A program made the translations under genes and the position numbers. From an uncultured Pseudomonadota bacterium (lineage in GTDB: Bacteria; Pseudomonadota; Gammaproteobacteria; Steroidobacterales; Steroidobacteraceae), in the NCBI GenBank assembly GCA_903884235.1, contig CAISEB010000043.1, positions 67,736 through 131,735 on the forward strand: DNA of 64,000 nt. Reading direction: 5' to 3'. Shown here in pieces: positions 1 through 8,815 of this stretch (position 1 is its first letter; each line of letters starts with the position of its first letter). The notes under the pieces were generated by a model. The model saw nothing but the letters and a program-made list of their open reading frames with translations. It was not told the DNA's origin and made no database searches.

Positions 1-134
1 GTGAAGAGATCGCGGAGATCATGGAATGCCCCGTCAATACCGTGAAGACGCGCATGTTCCACGCGCGCCGCAAGCTGCGGCTGCTGCTCGCGGAGGAGTT
101 CCCCGATGGACTGGGAGGTCGTCGTGACACCTGA
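1..134 (+). CDS. ECF-type RNA polymerase sigma factor, C-terminal fragment (region 4); 5' end lies outside the window
   Basis: Frame 3 translates to EEIAEIMECPVNTVKTRMFHARRKLRLLLAEEFPDGLGGRRDT*, which resembles the sigma-70 region 4.2 helix-turn-helix of ECF sigma factors. The TGA stop is at 132-134. The downstream ORF starts at ATG 106 and overlaps this stop region, the usual sigma/anti-sigma coupling. Confidence 0.55.
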   Translation, partial: EEIAEIMECPVNTVKTRMFHARRKLRLLLAEEFPDGLGGRRDT

Positions 135-813
135 CATCGAAGGCGCCGTGTGCGAGGCGGAGGCGGCGCGCCTGCTGCCCTGGTATGTCACCGGGACACT
201 GGCCGCGACCGACATGGAGCGAGTGGCGCGTCACTTGGAGCGCTGCGCCGTGTGCCGCGCGGACCTCGCCCACGAGCACGACGTGCGTGCCGCGATGAAG
301 CAGGATGCGCCGACCGTCGAGTACGCACCGCAGGCCGGGCTCGAGCGCACGCTGGCACGCATCGACGAGCTGACGCGCGAGGCACCGCCCCGGGTGACGG
401 TGCCGGCGTCGCGCGCTTCGCGGCGCATCACGGCGACGCAGTGGCTCGCGGCGGCCGTCGTCGTGCAGGCCATCGGCCTCGGCGTGCTGGGCACGGCGCT
501 GGTCGGTCGCCCGGCGTCGAGCCAGGCACCGGCGTCGTACCAGACCCTGTCCTCGCCGGCGCCGGTCGCGGCCGGTGCGCGCATCCGCGCCGTCTTTGCG
601 CCCGCGACGCCCGTGGACGAACTGCGCACGCTGCTCGGCGCGAACCGGCTCGCGATCGTCGCCGGCCCGAGCGAGGCGGGCGTGTTCACGCTGGCCGCGC
701 TCGATCCGGACGTCGATGCGGCGCACCTCGAGGCGCGGGTCGCCGCGCTGCGTCGCAGCCCTTCGGTGGCCTTCGCCGAGCCGGCGAACGACGCTGCGGG
801 TGCGTCGCGGTGA
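106..813 (+). CDS. ZAS-family (zinc-binding) anti-sigma factor with a single transmembrane helix
   Basis: The N-terminal motif HLERCAVC fits the HxxxCxxC zinc-binding signature of ZAS anti-sigma factors. There is one hydrophobic segment, WLAAAVVVQAIGLGVLGTALV, followed by a C-terminal domain. It lies immediately after and overlapping an ECF sigma fragment. The TGA stop is at 811-813. Confidence 0.6.
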   Translation: MDWEVVVTPDIEGAVCEAEAARLLPWYVTGTLAATDMERVARHLERCAVCRADLAHEHDVRAAMKQDAPTVEYAPQAGLERTLARIDELTREAPPRVTVPASRASRRITATQWLAAAVVVQAIGLGVLGTALVGRPASSQAPASYQTLSSPAPVAAGARIRAVFAPATPVDELRTLLGANRLAIVAGPSEAGVFTLAALDPDVDAAHLEARVAALRRSPSVAFAEPANDAAGASR

Positions 814-2084
814 GATTCGGCCTGCTCCCCATCCTGCTTGCGCTGGTCGCGGCCTGCACCGCGACGTCGCGGCTCCCCGCGCGCGCGATGCTGCCGGTCG
901 CGCCGAAAGCGGTGCCGGAGCACTACCTCGTCGTCACGGTCCGCAATCCGGTCCGCACGATGCCACTGCGCGCGGCGTCGACGCGACGCGGCTACGACGG
1001 TGGCGGCGTTTACGTGGCCGGCGAGGCCGCGCGCGCGGCCGGCGGATCGCTGGCGGCGGACTACGGTCTCATCGAGGTGGCGAGCTGGCCGATCTCCCTG
1101 CTCGGCGTCGATTGCCTCGTCTACGGCGTGCGATCGGGCGGCGCGCCGCAGGCACTGATCGCCACGCTCGCTCGCGACCGGCGCGTCGAGTCGGTCCAGG
1201 CGTTGCAGTCGTTCGACACGCAGGCGTCCTACAACGACCCCTACGGGCCGCTGCAGAAGAACGTCGCGCGCATGTCGGTTGCCGAGGCGCACTTGATGAG
1301 CCGCGGCGGCGGCGCGCGCGTGGCGGTCATCGACACCGGCGCCGACCTCGGACATCCGGACCTGCGGCCAGGCGCCGCGCACGGCCGCAACTTCGTCGAC
1401 GACGACAGCGCGGGATTCCGTGGCGACGCGCACGGCACGGCGGTCGCGGGCATCATCGGCGCGGTGCCCAACAACGGCGTCGGCATCGTCGGCATCGCGC
1501 CCGACGCCGAACTCCTCGTCTACAAGGCCTGCTGGCGCGCGGACACCGGCGGCGGCTCGGTGTGCAACACCTTCACGCTCGCGCAGGCGCTCTCCGCGGC
1601 GATCGAGGCCCGGGCCGACATCATCAACCTGAGTCTCGGCGGACCCCCCGATCCGCTGCTGACGCGTCTCGTCAGGCGCGGCCTCGAGGGCGGCGCCATC
1701 GTCGTCGGTGCGACGCCTCGCGACGGCGCGCGGCGGGGCTTCCCGGTGGGCATCGACGGCGTCATCGCGGTGTCCGCCGACGATGCCGGCGCCGCCGCCG
1801 ACGTCGTGCGCGCGCCTGGCCGTGACGTGCTGTCGCTGTCCCCGGACGGCCACTACGACTTCTACACCGGCAGCTCGCTCGCCTCGGCCGAGGTGTCGGG
1901 TGTGCTGGCGCTGATGCGGGCCTCCAATCCGCGCCTCACGGCGCGGGAGGCCGATGAGGTGCTGCGGTCGTCCTCGCGCGAGGGCAGCGTCAATGCCTGC
2001 GCGGCGCTGGCGGCGGTCCTGCGGCGCGGGACATGCGAGCCGGCGGTGACTGCCGCGGCCGGTCAGCGCCCCGGCTCCCCCTGA
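810..2084 (+). CDS. subtilisin-like serine protease (peptidase S8) lipoprotein
   Basis: A GTG start at 810 overlaps the anti-sigma stop (GTGA). The lipoprotein signal MRFGLLPILLALVAAC carries a lipobox Cys. The S8 catalytic triad is present: VAVIDTGADLGHPDL (Asp), HGTAVAGIIGA (His) and GSSLASAEVSGVLALM (Ser). The upstream portion of the six-frame ORF 150..2084 is a frame artefact. Confidence 0.7.
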   Translation: MRFGLLPILLALVAACTATSRLPARAMLPVAPKAVPEHYLVVTVRNPVRTMPLRAASTRRGYDGGGVYVAGEAARAAGGSLAADYGLIEVASWPISLLGVDCLVYGVRSGGAPQALIATLARDRRVESVQALQSFDTQASYNDPYGPLQKNVARMSVAEAHLMSRGGGARVAVIDTGADLGHPDLRPGAAHGRNFVDDDSAGFRGDAHGTAVAGIIGAVPNNGVGIVGIAPDAELLVYKACWRADTGGGSVCNTFTLAQALSAAIEARADIINLSLGGPPDPLLTRLVRRGLEGGAIVVGATPRDGARRGFPVGIDGVIAVSADDAGAAADVVRAPGRDVLSLSPDGHYDFYTGSSLASAEVSGVLALMRASNPRLTAREADEVLRSSSREGSVNACAALAAVLRRGTCEPAVTAAAGQRPGSP

Positions 2085-2093
2085 TGCCCCCGG

Positions 2094-2115
2094 GCGCGCG
2101 GTTTGAACCGCGTGC
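2094..2115. terminator. GC-rich hairpin downstream of the S8 protease gene (possible terminator, no U-tract)
   Basis: The sequence cgcggt-ttga-accgcg has a 6 bp stem and 4 nt loop, extendable to about 9 bp with flanking G/C pairs. It starts about 10 nt after the protease stop codon. No downstream T-run follows, which is common in high-GC genomes and weakens the call. Confidence 0.15.
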
Positions 2116-2181
2116 GGTCCCCGCGGTACGTACGGGCGGGGGGTTGCCGGCCGGCGACCGATGAGCGCGGGGGAATACAGG

Positions 2182-2610
2182 ATGAATGACAAGGCAGACG
2201 GCACGTCCGGCTCGCTCGAGGATGTGCCCGCGGGCCCGGGGCGCTGGGTCGACCTCGTGTCGGGTGGAGCGCTGCGCACCTGGCGCGAGTGCTCCTACGC
2301 GAAGCGCGAAAGCCGTCGTGCGCTGCAGGTCTACCGCGAAGTGGAGCTGACCAAGCCCGAGTTGAGCGGATTGACCCGTTACAAGGAAGTCGTGTCCCGC
2401 CAGACCGGGCTCGACGACACCTCGGTTCGACGCATCCTGGCCGGCGCGGAGAGCAGCTTCGCGGCGTGGCCGATCGAGCGCGAGCTGCGCTTCCGCGACG
2501 TCGTGCAGTATCTCGTGATCTCGAAGTGCCTTGCCGAGGAGCCGAGCGCGCTTGGCACCCGTTCGCGGCTGACCGCGATCATCGAGGCGGAAATCCCCGA
2601 GGACTATTGA
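2182..2610 (+). CDS. hypothetical protein (142 aa), no recognisable domain
   Basis: This is a clean ORF with GC3-rich codon usage matching its neighbours. ATG at 2182 is preceded by GGGGGAA about 8 nt upstream; an alternative ATG lies at 2161. The translation is MNDKADGTSGSLEDVPAGPGRWVDL...EAEIPEDY. It has no signal peptide and no motif I recognise. Confidence 0.4.
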   Translation: MNDKADGTSGSLEDVPAGPGRWVDLVSGGALRTWRECSYAKRESRRALQVYREVELTKPELSGLTRYKEVVSRQTGLDDTSVRRILAGAESSFAAWPIERELRFRDVVQYLVISKCLAEEPSALGTRSRLTAIIEAEIPEDY

Positions 2611-2632
2611 CCCCGAGCGGCGCTGCCGCGGC

Positions 2633-4561
2633 TCAGGAAAGACCGAGCATCTGCCTGAGCACGGTCGGCCCGTTTTCCCAGAACACGAGCAGCACGCCCA
2701 TCAGGGCCCCGCCGGCCATGAGGCCAGCGGCGATCGGGACGTTGTAGATCTCGGCCCAGGCGCGATCGCGTCGCTCGCTCAGCGAGGCGAGCACGGCGCC
2801 GGTGAAGAACAGGAAGCCGTAGTACCAGTGGAATGTCCAGGCGAGGCCGAGCCCCGATGCCGAGGGCAGCCATTTCGCGCTGCGCGGCAGCCAGCGCGGG
2901 AGCATCGTCAGCAGGAAGCCCGCCAGGCCGCCGACGATGATCGACCAGATCTTGACCGGCTCGAGCGATTCGAAGCCGTGGGCGAGCGTGATCGCCACGG
3001 CACGCCAGGCCTGCGCGGCCGGCGCGGGAAAGCGGTCCGAGCCGACCACGTCCGCGGTCGGCAGGATCATCATGAAGGCGAACACCGAGGCCAGCGAGCC
3101 GATGAAGATGCCGGCGAACTGCGCCAGGAACTGCTTGCGCGGATTGGCGCCGAGCAGGTAGCCGCTCTTGAGGTCGCCGAGCAGGTCCGCGGCCGAGATC
3201 GCCGCGCCGCCGCCGATGCTCGCGCTCATCAGGTTGACGTTCATGTTGCCCGGGCTCAGCCAGCCGAAGATGAGCTGAGAGATCTTGCCCATCGCGCCCG
3301 TGGGCGTCGTGTCGGTCTCGCCGGTGACGCGTGCGGCGACGAGCGCGAGGAAGAAGGCGAGGGCGACTGCGACGCAGGTCTGCCACACGGCCATGTCGAA
3401 GCTGACCTTGGCGAGCCAGGCGAGTCCGACCAGCGACACCAGCTGGCCGGCCACGAACCAGCTGAGCGGCACCTCGAGCTCATCGACCGCGGTCGGCTTA
3501 CGGCGCGTCGCGCCAAGGGCGGACGCGAAGCCGGTGAACGCGCGGAACACGGTGCGCCACTCGAGCGCCACCGACAGCAGGCCCGAGACGACCATGCAGG
3601 CGACCCCGCCCCACACCGTCCACTGCACGAGGTCCCGGTACGCGGTCGTCGTGACGAGGCCGACGGACTGCAGTATCGGGATGAACACCGCCCAGCACAA
3701 CGTGCCACCCAGCAGGATGCTGGCGGCGGGCCTGAGACCCATCAGCACGCCGGCGGCGATGAACACCGGATCCCACATCAGCATCACGGTGCGGTGCGTC
3801 CAGGCCGGGCCCAGCACCGCCGAGTTGAAGCGCCCCACCAGCGACGAGATCGAGTAGGGTTCGAGCTTCGTGCTGACGAGGCGCAGGCCGTCCGCCCAGA
3901 ACGCGTTCAGGGCCGCGAGGATCGCCGCGAGCCCGAGTGCCCGCGAGGATTGGCGCGAGCGTTCACCCCGCGAGTACAGCGCACGCAGCGTCTCGGCCGT
4001 CGCGATGCCGGACGGGAACCGCAGCTGCTCGACGTTGACCAGCTGGCGCTTGACCGGGATCGCGGTCGTGACGCCGAGCATCGCGACGAAGAAGACCCAG
4101 CCGACGGTGAGGCCGAACGCGAGCGGGTGGCCATTGATCGCGTAGTACGCCGCGAACGCCGAGACCAGCGTGCAGCCGGTCGAAAAGCCGGCGGCGCTGG
4201 CCGTCGACTGCATGCAGTTGTTCTCGAGGATCGTCATCGGCGTGCGCGCGATGCCGGCGCGCAGCAGCATCGACCACAGGCCGAACGAGGTGATGCAGGC
4301 GGTGATCGTGACGCCGATCGACCAGCCGGACTTGAGCCCGATGTAGATGTTGGTCAGCGACAGCACGCCGCCGATCACGGTACCCATGATCAGGGCGCGC
4401 CAGGTCAGTTGTGGCAGGACGTCACCCCGGCCCCGGTAGACCTGCTCGTACCACTGCTGCTCGATCTCGTCCGCGGTGCCCTTGAACCCGCCGACGAGCA
4501 GTGGCGCGTCGTACAGGTCGCCTGCGGGAGCGGGCTGATCCGGCGTGGGGGCCTTGTCCAT
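2633..4561 (-). CDS. OPT-family oligopeptide transporter
   Basis: The translation MDKAPTPDQPAPAGDLYDAPLLVGGFKGTADEIEQQWYEQVYRGRGDVLPQLTWRALIMGTVIGGVLSLTNIYIGLKSGWSIGVTITACI... is polytopic and fits the conserved OPT superfamily N-terminal region. Length is about 640 aa. The start is ATG at 4561, and the ORF track extends 5 codons further upstream. Confidence 0.8.
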   Translation of the reverse strand: MDKAPTPDQPAPAGDLYDAPLLVGGFKGTADEIEQQWYEQVYRGRGDVLPQLTWRALIMGTVIGGVLSLTNIYIGLKSGWSIGVTITACITSFGLWSMLLRAGIARTPMTILENNCMQSTASAAGFSTGCTLVSAFAAYYAINGHPLAFGLTVGWVFFVAMLGVTTAIPVKRQLVNVEQLRFPSGIATAETLRALYSRGERSRQSSRALGLAAILAALNAFWADGLRLVSTKLEPYSISSLVGRFNSAVLGPAWTHRTVMLMWDPVFIAAGVLMGLRPAASILLGGTLCWAVFIPILQSVGLVTTTAYRDLVQWTVWGGVACMVVSGLLSVALEWRTVFRAFTGFASALGATRRKPTAVDELEVPLSWFVAGQLVSLVGLAWLAKVSFDMAVWQTCVAVALAFFLALVAARVTGETDTTPTGAMGKISQLIFGWLSPGNMNVNLMSASIGGGAAISAADLLGDLKSGYLLGANPRKQFLAQFAGIFIGSLASVFAFMMILPTADVVGSDRFPAPAAQAWRAVAITLAHGFESLEPVKIWSIIVGGLAGFLLTMLPRWLPRSAKWLPSASGLGLAWTFHWYYGFLFFTGAVLASLSERRDRAWAEIYNVPIAAGLMAGGALMGVLLVFWENGPTVLRQMLGLS

Positions 4562-4639
4562 GGGTCTCTGAAGCACCGGTGACGTCCCGAGCCTAGCGCA
4601 CCGGGGCGCCGGCCGGGTGAGTACCGCTGCCCGTTTTGG

Positions 4640-5959
4640 TCAGCCCGCGGCCGCCGCCGGCCGCCGGGACTCGGTCCCGGCGTTCTCGAGGCCGTGGCCG
4701 AGCGCACTGCGTTCGCGCCACCACAGCGCCAGCGCCGAGGCGAGCGCGGTCAGGCTGAGCAGCCCGAAGAACCACAGCATCGTCGTATAGCCCTCCGGGT
4801 GGGCCGGGCTCGCGCCCGCCTGGTCGGCGAGCCACCCGGCGAGGCGATTGGAGGCCCAGAGCCCCGCCGCCTGCAGCGCCGTGATCAGGCCGAGTGCCGT
4901 GCCGAGTCGGCGGGGCTCCACGATCAGCGTGGTCGACGGCCAGATGATCGCTGGGACGAGCGCCCAGCTCACGCCCATCAGCACGGTCGACACCCACGGG
5001 CTGAGGTCGGTGAGTCCGAGCACGAGGAACGTCACCGGCAGCAGGATCGTGCCGAAGCACAGCAGCAGCGAGCGATGCCCGATGCGGTCGGCGAGCAGCC
5101 CGAACACGGGCGTCGCGAACACCGCGGCGGCGAACACGCCGGAGTTCACCTGCCCGGCGGCGGCGTTGGTGAGGCCCTTCGCGTGCTGCAGGTACTCGAT
5201 CGCGTAGGTCTGGCGGAACGGGAAGAACACCGCCGCATAGAGCACGTGCAGGCCGAGGATCGACCAGAACGACAGGTCGAAGGACCAGATGTCCGACCAG
5301 GCGAACGGGCGATGCACCGGCGGCGCGCCGATCGCCGGCGCACTGCGCCGGGCGTCGATCAGGCGATACGCGATCGCGGCGACGAGGCCGAGGCCGCAGA
5401 TCGCCGCGCCGAGCCACAACGGCGGCTGCCAGCCGGCGTCGTACAGCGGCTTCGCCAACGTCGGCGAGACGTCCGCCGAATACGATCCGACCCGCGCGAG
5501 GCTCAGGAACAGGGCGGTCGCGAGCGCGATGCCGCTGCGCGGGAACCAGGTGGCGAGCGCCGCGACCAGCGCCATGAAGATGGCGCCTTCGCTGATGCCG
5601 AAGGTGAAGCGCCCGGCCCACATCAGCGCGTACGGCTCGCCGATGGCGGTCATCACGGCGCCGAGGAAGCCGATCACCGCCGCCCACAGCACGACCCGCC
5701 CGGCGCCGTAGCGGTCGATCAGCTGGCCGCTGAACAGCGCGAGCGGGATGTTCGGCAGGCTCATCGCCGCATTCAGGTCGCCGATCTGGGACTGGGTGAA
5801 GCCGCGCGTGCGCAGCAGCAGGTCGGCGATCGGGCCGATCACGTCGGATTCGTAGTAGCTGGAGAAGATCGCGAGCGCGCACAGCGCGAGGATCCACCAG
5901 CGCGCCCGGGACAGCGGGGCGTCCCCGGCGACCCCGCCACCGGCGCCGGCTCCGCTCAC
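4640..5959 (-). CDS. MFS transporter
   Basis: About 12 hydrophobic segments are present. A GTG start at 5959 overlaps the stop of the upstream FAD oxidoreductase (GTGA). The N-terminal 43 codons of the six-frame ORF overlap that gene and were rejected. The true N-terminus is VSGAGAGGGVAGDAPLSRARWWILALCALAIF... Confidence 0.7.
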   Translation of the reverse strand: MSGAGAGGGVAGDAPLSRARWWILALCALAIFSSYYESDVIGPIADLLLRTRGFTQSQIGDLNAAMSLPNIPLALFSGQLIDRYGAGRVVLWAAVIGFLGAVMTAIGEPYALMWAGRFTFGISEGAIFMALVAALATWFPRSGIALATALFLSLARVGSYSADVSPTLAKPLYDAGWQPPLWLGAAICGLGLVAAIAYRLIDARRSAPAIGAPPVHRPFAWSDIWSFDLSFWSILGLHVLYAAVFFPFRQTYAIEYLQHAKGLTNAAAGQVNSGVFAAAVFATPVFGLLADRIGHRSLLLCFGTILLPVTFLVLGLTDLSPWVSTVLMGVSWALVPAIIWPSTTLIVEPRRLGTALGLITALQAAGLWASNRLAGWLADQAGASPAHPEGYTTMLWFFGLLSLTALASALALWWRERSALGHGLENAGTESRRPAAAAG

Positions 5960-7320
5960 CGGAAGCGCGCCCCCTGGCGCGCGAGCTCGGCCTGCACCGC
6001 GCGGATGTCGAGGCGGTCGAACGGCTCGTCGCGCTGGATCGAGATCGCCGCGGCGACCCCCGCGCCCTGGCCGCCGACCGCGCAGCACATCATGTTGCGC
6101 GCCGAGGCATGCGAGATGGGATCGCCGCCGATCGAGCGCCCGGCGACGAGCAGGTTGCCAACGCCCTTCGGGAGCAGCGCGCGGTACGGGACGTGCCAGT
6201 AGCGGCCGGTGGTCGGCAGGATCAGGAACCCGTAGCCGTCGATGAATTCCGGGAAGATGCCGATGGCGTCGTCGAAGCGGGCCTCGCCGCGGACGTCGTC
6301 CCCGGTCAGGTTGTAGGCGGCGTCGATCTTGCGCGTGTCGCGGATGCCGAGCGTCATGCCGAAGTTGCGCAGCTTCGCGTCCTCGCAGCCCGGCATGAAC
6401 TTGCGCAGCGCCTCCATCGCGTAGATGGCCTCGCGCCGGCCGCGCATCTCGCCGATGGTCAGGTCATCCGGATCCGTGCCGTCGATCTCCGGCACGTGCA
6501 CCAGGTTGAGGTAGGTGAGGTCGCCCTGGTCGGTCACCGTGCCCCAGGTTCCCGCGATCGTCGACAGGCGCGCCGGGATCAGGCCCGCCTCGAGCGCCTT
6601 CTTGAACGGCTTGCGCAGGAACGGCGAGAACATCTTGTCCTCCTTGCCGGTCGTCTGGTAGTTCCACTCGCCGTTGCCGGACCAGTCGGCGTAGGTCTGC
6701 GGGTCCGCCTTGACCGCGTCGATGAAGCGCTGCTTGCTCACGCCGCTCATCGAGAACATGACCGACGCGGCCATCATCTTCTCCTTCGGCGTCTTGTGGA
6801 CCGGCGCCCCGGCCCGCGTCGCGATGTCGGCATCGCCGGTCGCGTCGATCACGCGCCGGGCGAGGATCGCCTCCCGGCCGGCCTTGCTCTCGGTGATCAC
6901 GCCGCGCAACTCGCCGGCAACGACGATCGGCGCGACGCACATCCGGTGCAGCAGCGGCGTGATCCCGGCTTCGGTCACGAGTTCGTCCGCGACCCACTTG
7001 AACATCTCCGCATCGAGCGCATGGCTCAGCGACTGTGGCTCCGGCATCGCGGCACCCATGGCCTTGGCGCGCTGCTCGAACTCGATGCCGATGCCCTCGC
7101 AGTCGATCGTGTGTTCGTGCCTGTACCAGGCGAAACCCTCGACGCCGACCTGCGTGATGTTGCCGCCGAAGCAGCCATTGCGCTCGAGCAGCGCCGTGCG
7201 CGCACCGGCGCGGGCGGCGGCGAGCGCCGCGGCGAGGCCGCCAGGACCACTGCCGACGACCAGCACGTCGGTTTCCAGGATCACGTCGACTTCGCGCGCG
7301 GGTTCGGGGATCTTCTTCAT
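5956..7320 (-). CDS. FAD-dependent oxidoreductase (GSGPGG dinucleotide-binding motif; FAD_oxidored-type family)
   Basis: The N-terminus MKKIPEPAREVDVILETDVLVVGSGPGGLAAALAAARAGARTALLERNGCFGGN is a classic Rossmann FAD-binding start. Length is 454 aa. GAGGA lies about 12 nt upstream of ATG 7320. The substrate is unknown. Confidence 0.7.
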   Translation of the reverse strand: MKKIPEPAREVDVILETDVLVVGSGPGGLAAALAAARAGARTALLERNGCFGGNITQVGVEGFAWYRHEHTIDCEGIGIEFEQRAKAMGAAMPEPQSLSHALDAEMFKWVADELVTEAGITPLLHRMCVAPIVVAGELRGVITESKAGREAILARRVIDATGDADIATRAGAPVHKTPKEKMMAASVMFSMSGVSKQRFIDAVKADPQTYADWSGNGEWNYQTTGKEDKMFSPFLRKPFKKALEAGLIPARLSTIAGTWGTVTDQGDLTYLNLVHVPEIDGTDPDDLTIGEMRGRREAIYAMEALRKFMPGCEDAKLRNFGMTLGIRDTRKIDAAYNLTGDDVRGEARFDDAIGIFPEFIDGYGFLILPTTGRYWHVPYRALLPKGVGNLLVAGRSIGGDPISHASARNMMCCAVGGQGAGVAAAISIQRDEPFDRLDIRAVQAELARQGARFR

Positions 7321-7474
7321 CGGCTCGGCATCCTCAGGTTCGCAGGGGCTCGTTCCAGCCAGCGCACGGCCGACGCCGCCAACCGGCGCCGGGCGCCGCC
7401 CGGAAGCCTACCGGAGTCGTCGATCGACGGGCAGTGTCCCGCCGCCAGCGTAACAAATCTGCAACACGCCCCCC

Positions 7475-7480
7475 TATAAT
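7475..7480 (+). promoter_or_regulatory. perfect TATAAT -10 hexamer in a divergent intergenic region (candidate promoter for the 7520 gene)
   Basis: The context is cccccTATAATgcc, 40 nt upstream of the TTG start at 7520. The only -35 candidate is a weak TAACAA about 18 bp upstream. A perfect AT-only hexamer is unusual in this 70% GC context. Confidence 0.25.
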
Positions 7481-7519
7481 GCCCAATCGCAACCACCGGC
7501 CCCGCCGACAGGACGCCCG

Positions 7520-8806
7520 TTGAGCCAGTCGCTCCGTCGCTACCTCGAACGCTCGAACACGGTCGTCTTCACCACGGTTGCGGCGCTGGCCGGCTTCGGC
7601 GCCTACTTCTCGATGTACGCCTTCCGCAAGCCCTTCTCGGCGGCGACCTACGGCGCCGTCGAGGGCTGGCACTTCCTGCTCGACTACAAGATCGCGCTGG
7701 TGCTCGCACAGGTGATCGGGTACGCGGTCTCGAAGATGCTCGGCATCAAGGTCATCTCCGAGCTCGCCCCGGCGAAGCGCGCGAGCGCGATCCTCGTGCT
7801 GATCCTGTCCGCGTGGGCGGCGCTGATCCTCTTCGCCCTGGTCCCGGCGCCGTGGAACGTCGCGGCGATGTTCCTCAACGGCCTGCCGCTCGGCATGATC
7901 TGGGGCCTCGTGTTCGGGTTCATGGAGGGGCGCCGCACCTCCGAGGTGCTGGGCGCCGTCGTCTGCGCGAGCTTCATCGTCTCGTCGGGCGCCGTGAAGA
8001 CCGTCGGCAAGCTGCTGATGGACCATGCCGGCATCAGCCCGTTCTGGATGCCGGCCGCCGCGGGTGCCGTGTTCCTGCCGCTGCTGTTCCTGTCGGTGTG
8101 GGCGCTGTCCTCGCTGCCGCCGCCGACCGCCGCCGACGAGGCCGCCCGCGTGAGGCGGGCGCCGATGGACGGCGCGGCGCGCAGCGCGTTCCTGATGCGC
8201 TACGGCGTCGGGATCTTGCTGCTGATCGCGACCTACGTCGCGGCCACGGCGCTCAGGGATTTCCGCGACAACTTCGCGGCGGAGCTCTGGCTCGCGCTCG
8301 GGCATGGCGACGGCGCGGCGATCTTCACGGCCAGCGAAGTGCCGGTCGCGGCCTTCGCGCTCGTCGTGCTCGGCCTGATCATCATCGTCAAGGACAACGT
8401 CCGCGCGCTGATGGTGATCCACGCGGTGATCCTCGCCGGGCTCGCGCTGCTCGCCGGCTCCACGCTCGCGTTCCAGGCCGGGCTCGTGGGTCCGGTGCTG
8501 TGGATGATCCTGAGCGGCGCGGGGCTGTACATGGTCTACACGCCATTCAACGCGATGCTCTTCGACCGCATGATCGCGGTCAGCGGCCAGGTCGGCACGG
8601 CCGGCTTCCTGATCTACGTCGCCGACTCCTCCGGCTATGCCGGCAGCTGCGCGCTGCTGCTGTGGCGCAACTTCGGGCTCGTGTCGCTGAACTGGCTGCA
8701 GGTCTACATCGCGAGCGTGTACGTCACCAGCATCGCGGGCTTCGTGCTGGTGCTCGGTTCCGCGCTCTACTTCTGGCGGCGCACGCGGCCCGGCGTCCCG
8801 CGCTGA
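7520..8806 (+). CDS. polytopic membrane protein (DUF5690-like / MFS-like), function unknown
   Basis: The 428 aa product has about 12 hydrophobic segments and a TTG start. The translation runs MSQSLRRYLERSNTVVFTTVAALAGFGAYFSMYAFRKPFSAATYG...YFWRRTRPGVPR. Family assignment is from memory of DUF5690-type proteins, and the coding call is stronger than the family call. Confidence 0.55.
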   Translation: MSQSLRRYLERSNTVVFTTVAALAGFGAYFSMYAFRKPFSAATYGAVEGWHFLLDYKIALVLAQVIGYAVSKMLGIKVISELAPAKRASAILVLILSAWAALILFALVPAPWNVAAMFLNGLPLGMIWGLVFGFMEGRRTSEVLGAVVCASFIVSSGAVKTVGKLLMDHAGISPFWMPAAAGAVFLPLLFLSVWALSSLPPPTAADEAARVRRAPMDGAARSAFLMRYGVGILLLIATYVAATALRDFRDNFAAELWLALGHGDGAAIFTASEVPVAAFALVVLGLIIIVKDNVRALMVIHAVILAGLALLAGSTLAFQAGLVGPVLWMILSGAGLYMVYTPFNAMLFDRMIAVSGQVGTAGFLIYVADSSGYAGSCALLLWRNFGLVSLNWLQVYIASVYVTSIAGFVLVLGSALYFWRRTRPGVPR

Positions 8807-8815
8807 GCGCGGGGC

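Noticed and set aside
231-2279. 682-aa minus-strand ORF, and the 575..1825 and 150..810 plus-strand alternative frames
   Set aside because: They overlap the anti-sigma and S8 protease genes. The protease frame is fixed by its catalytic triad motifs and lipobox. The others are high-GC frame artefacts.
2828-7479. Long plus-strand ORFs 2828..4582, 4694..6202 and 6109..7479, and minus-strand ORF 2604..3386
   Set aside because: They are antisense or out of frame relative to the OPT transporter, the MFS transporter and the FAD oxidoreductase, all of which have clear family signatures.
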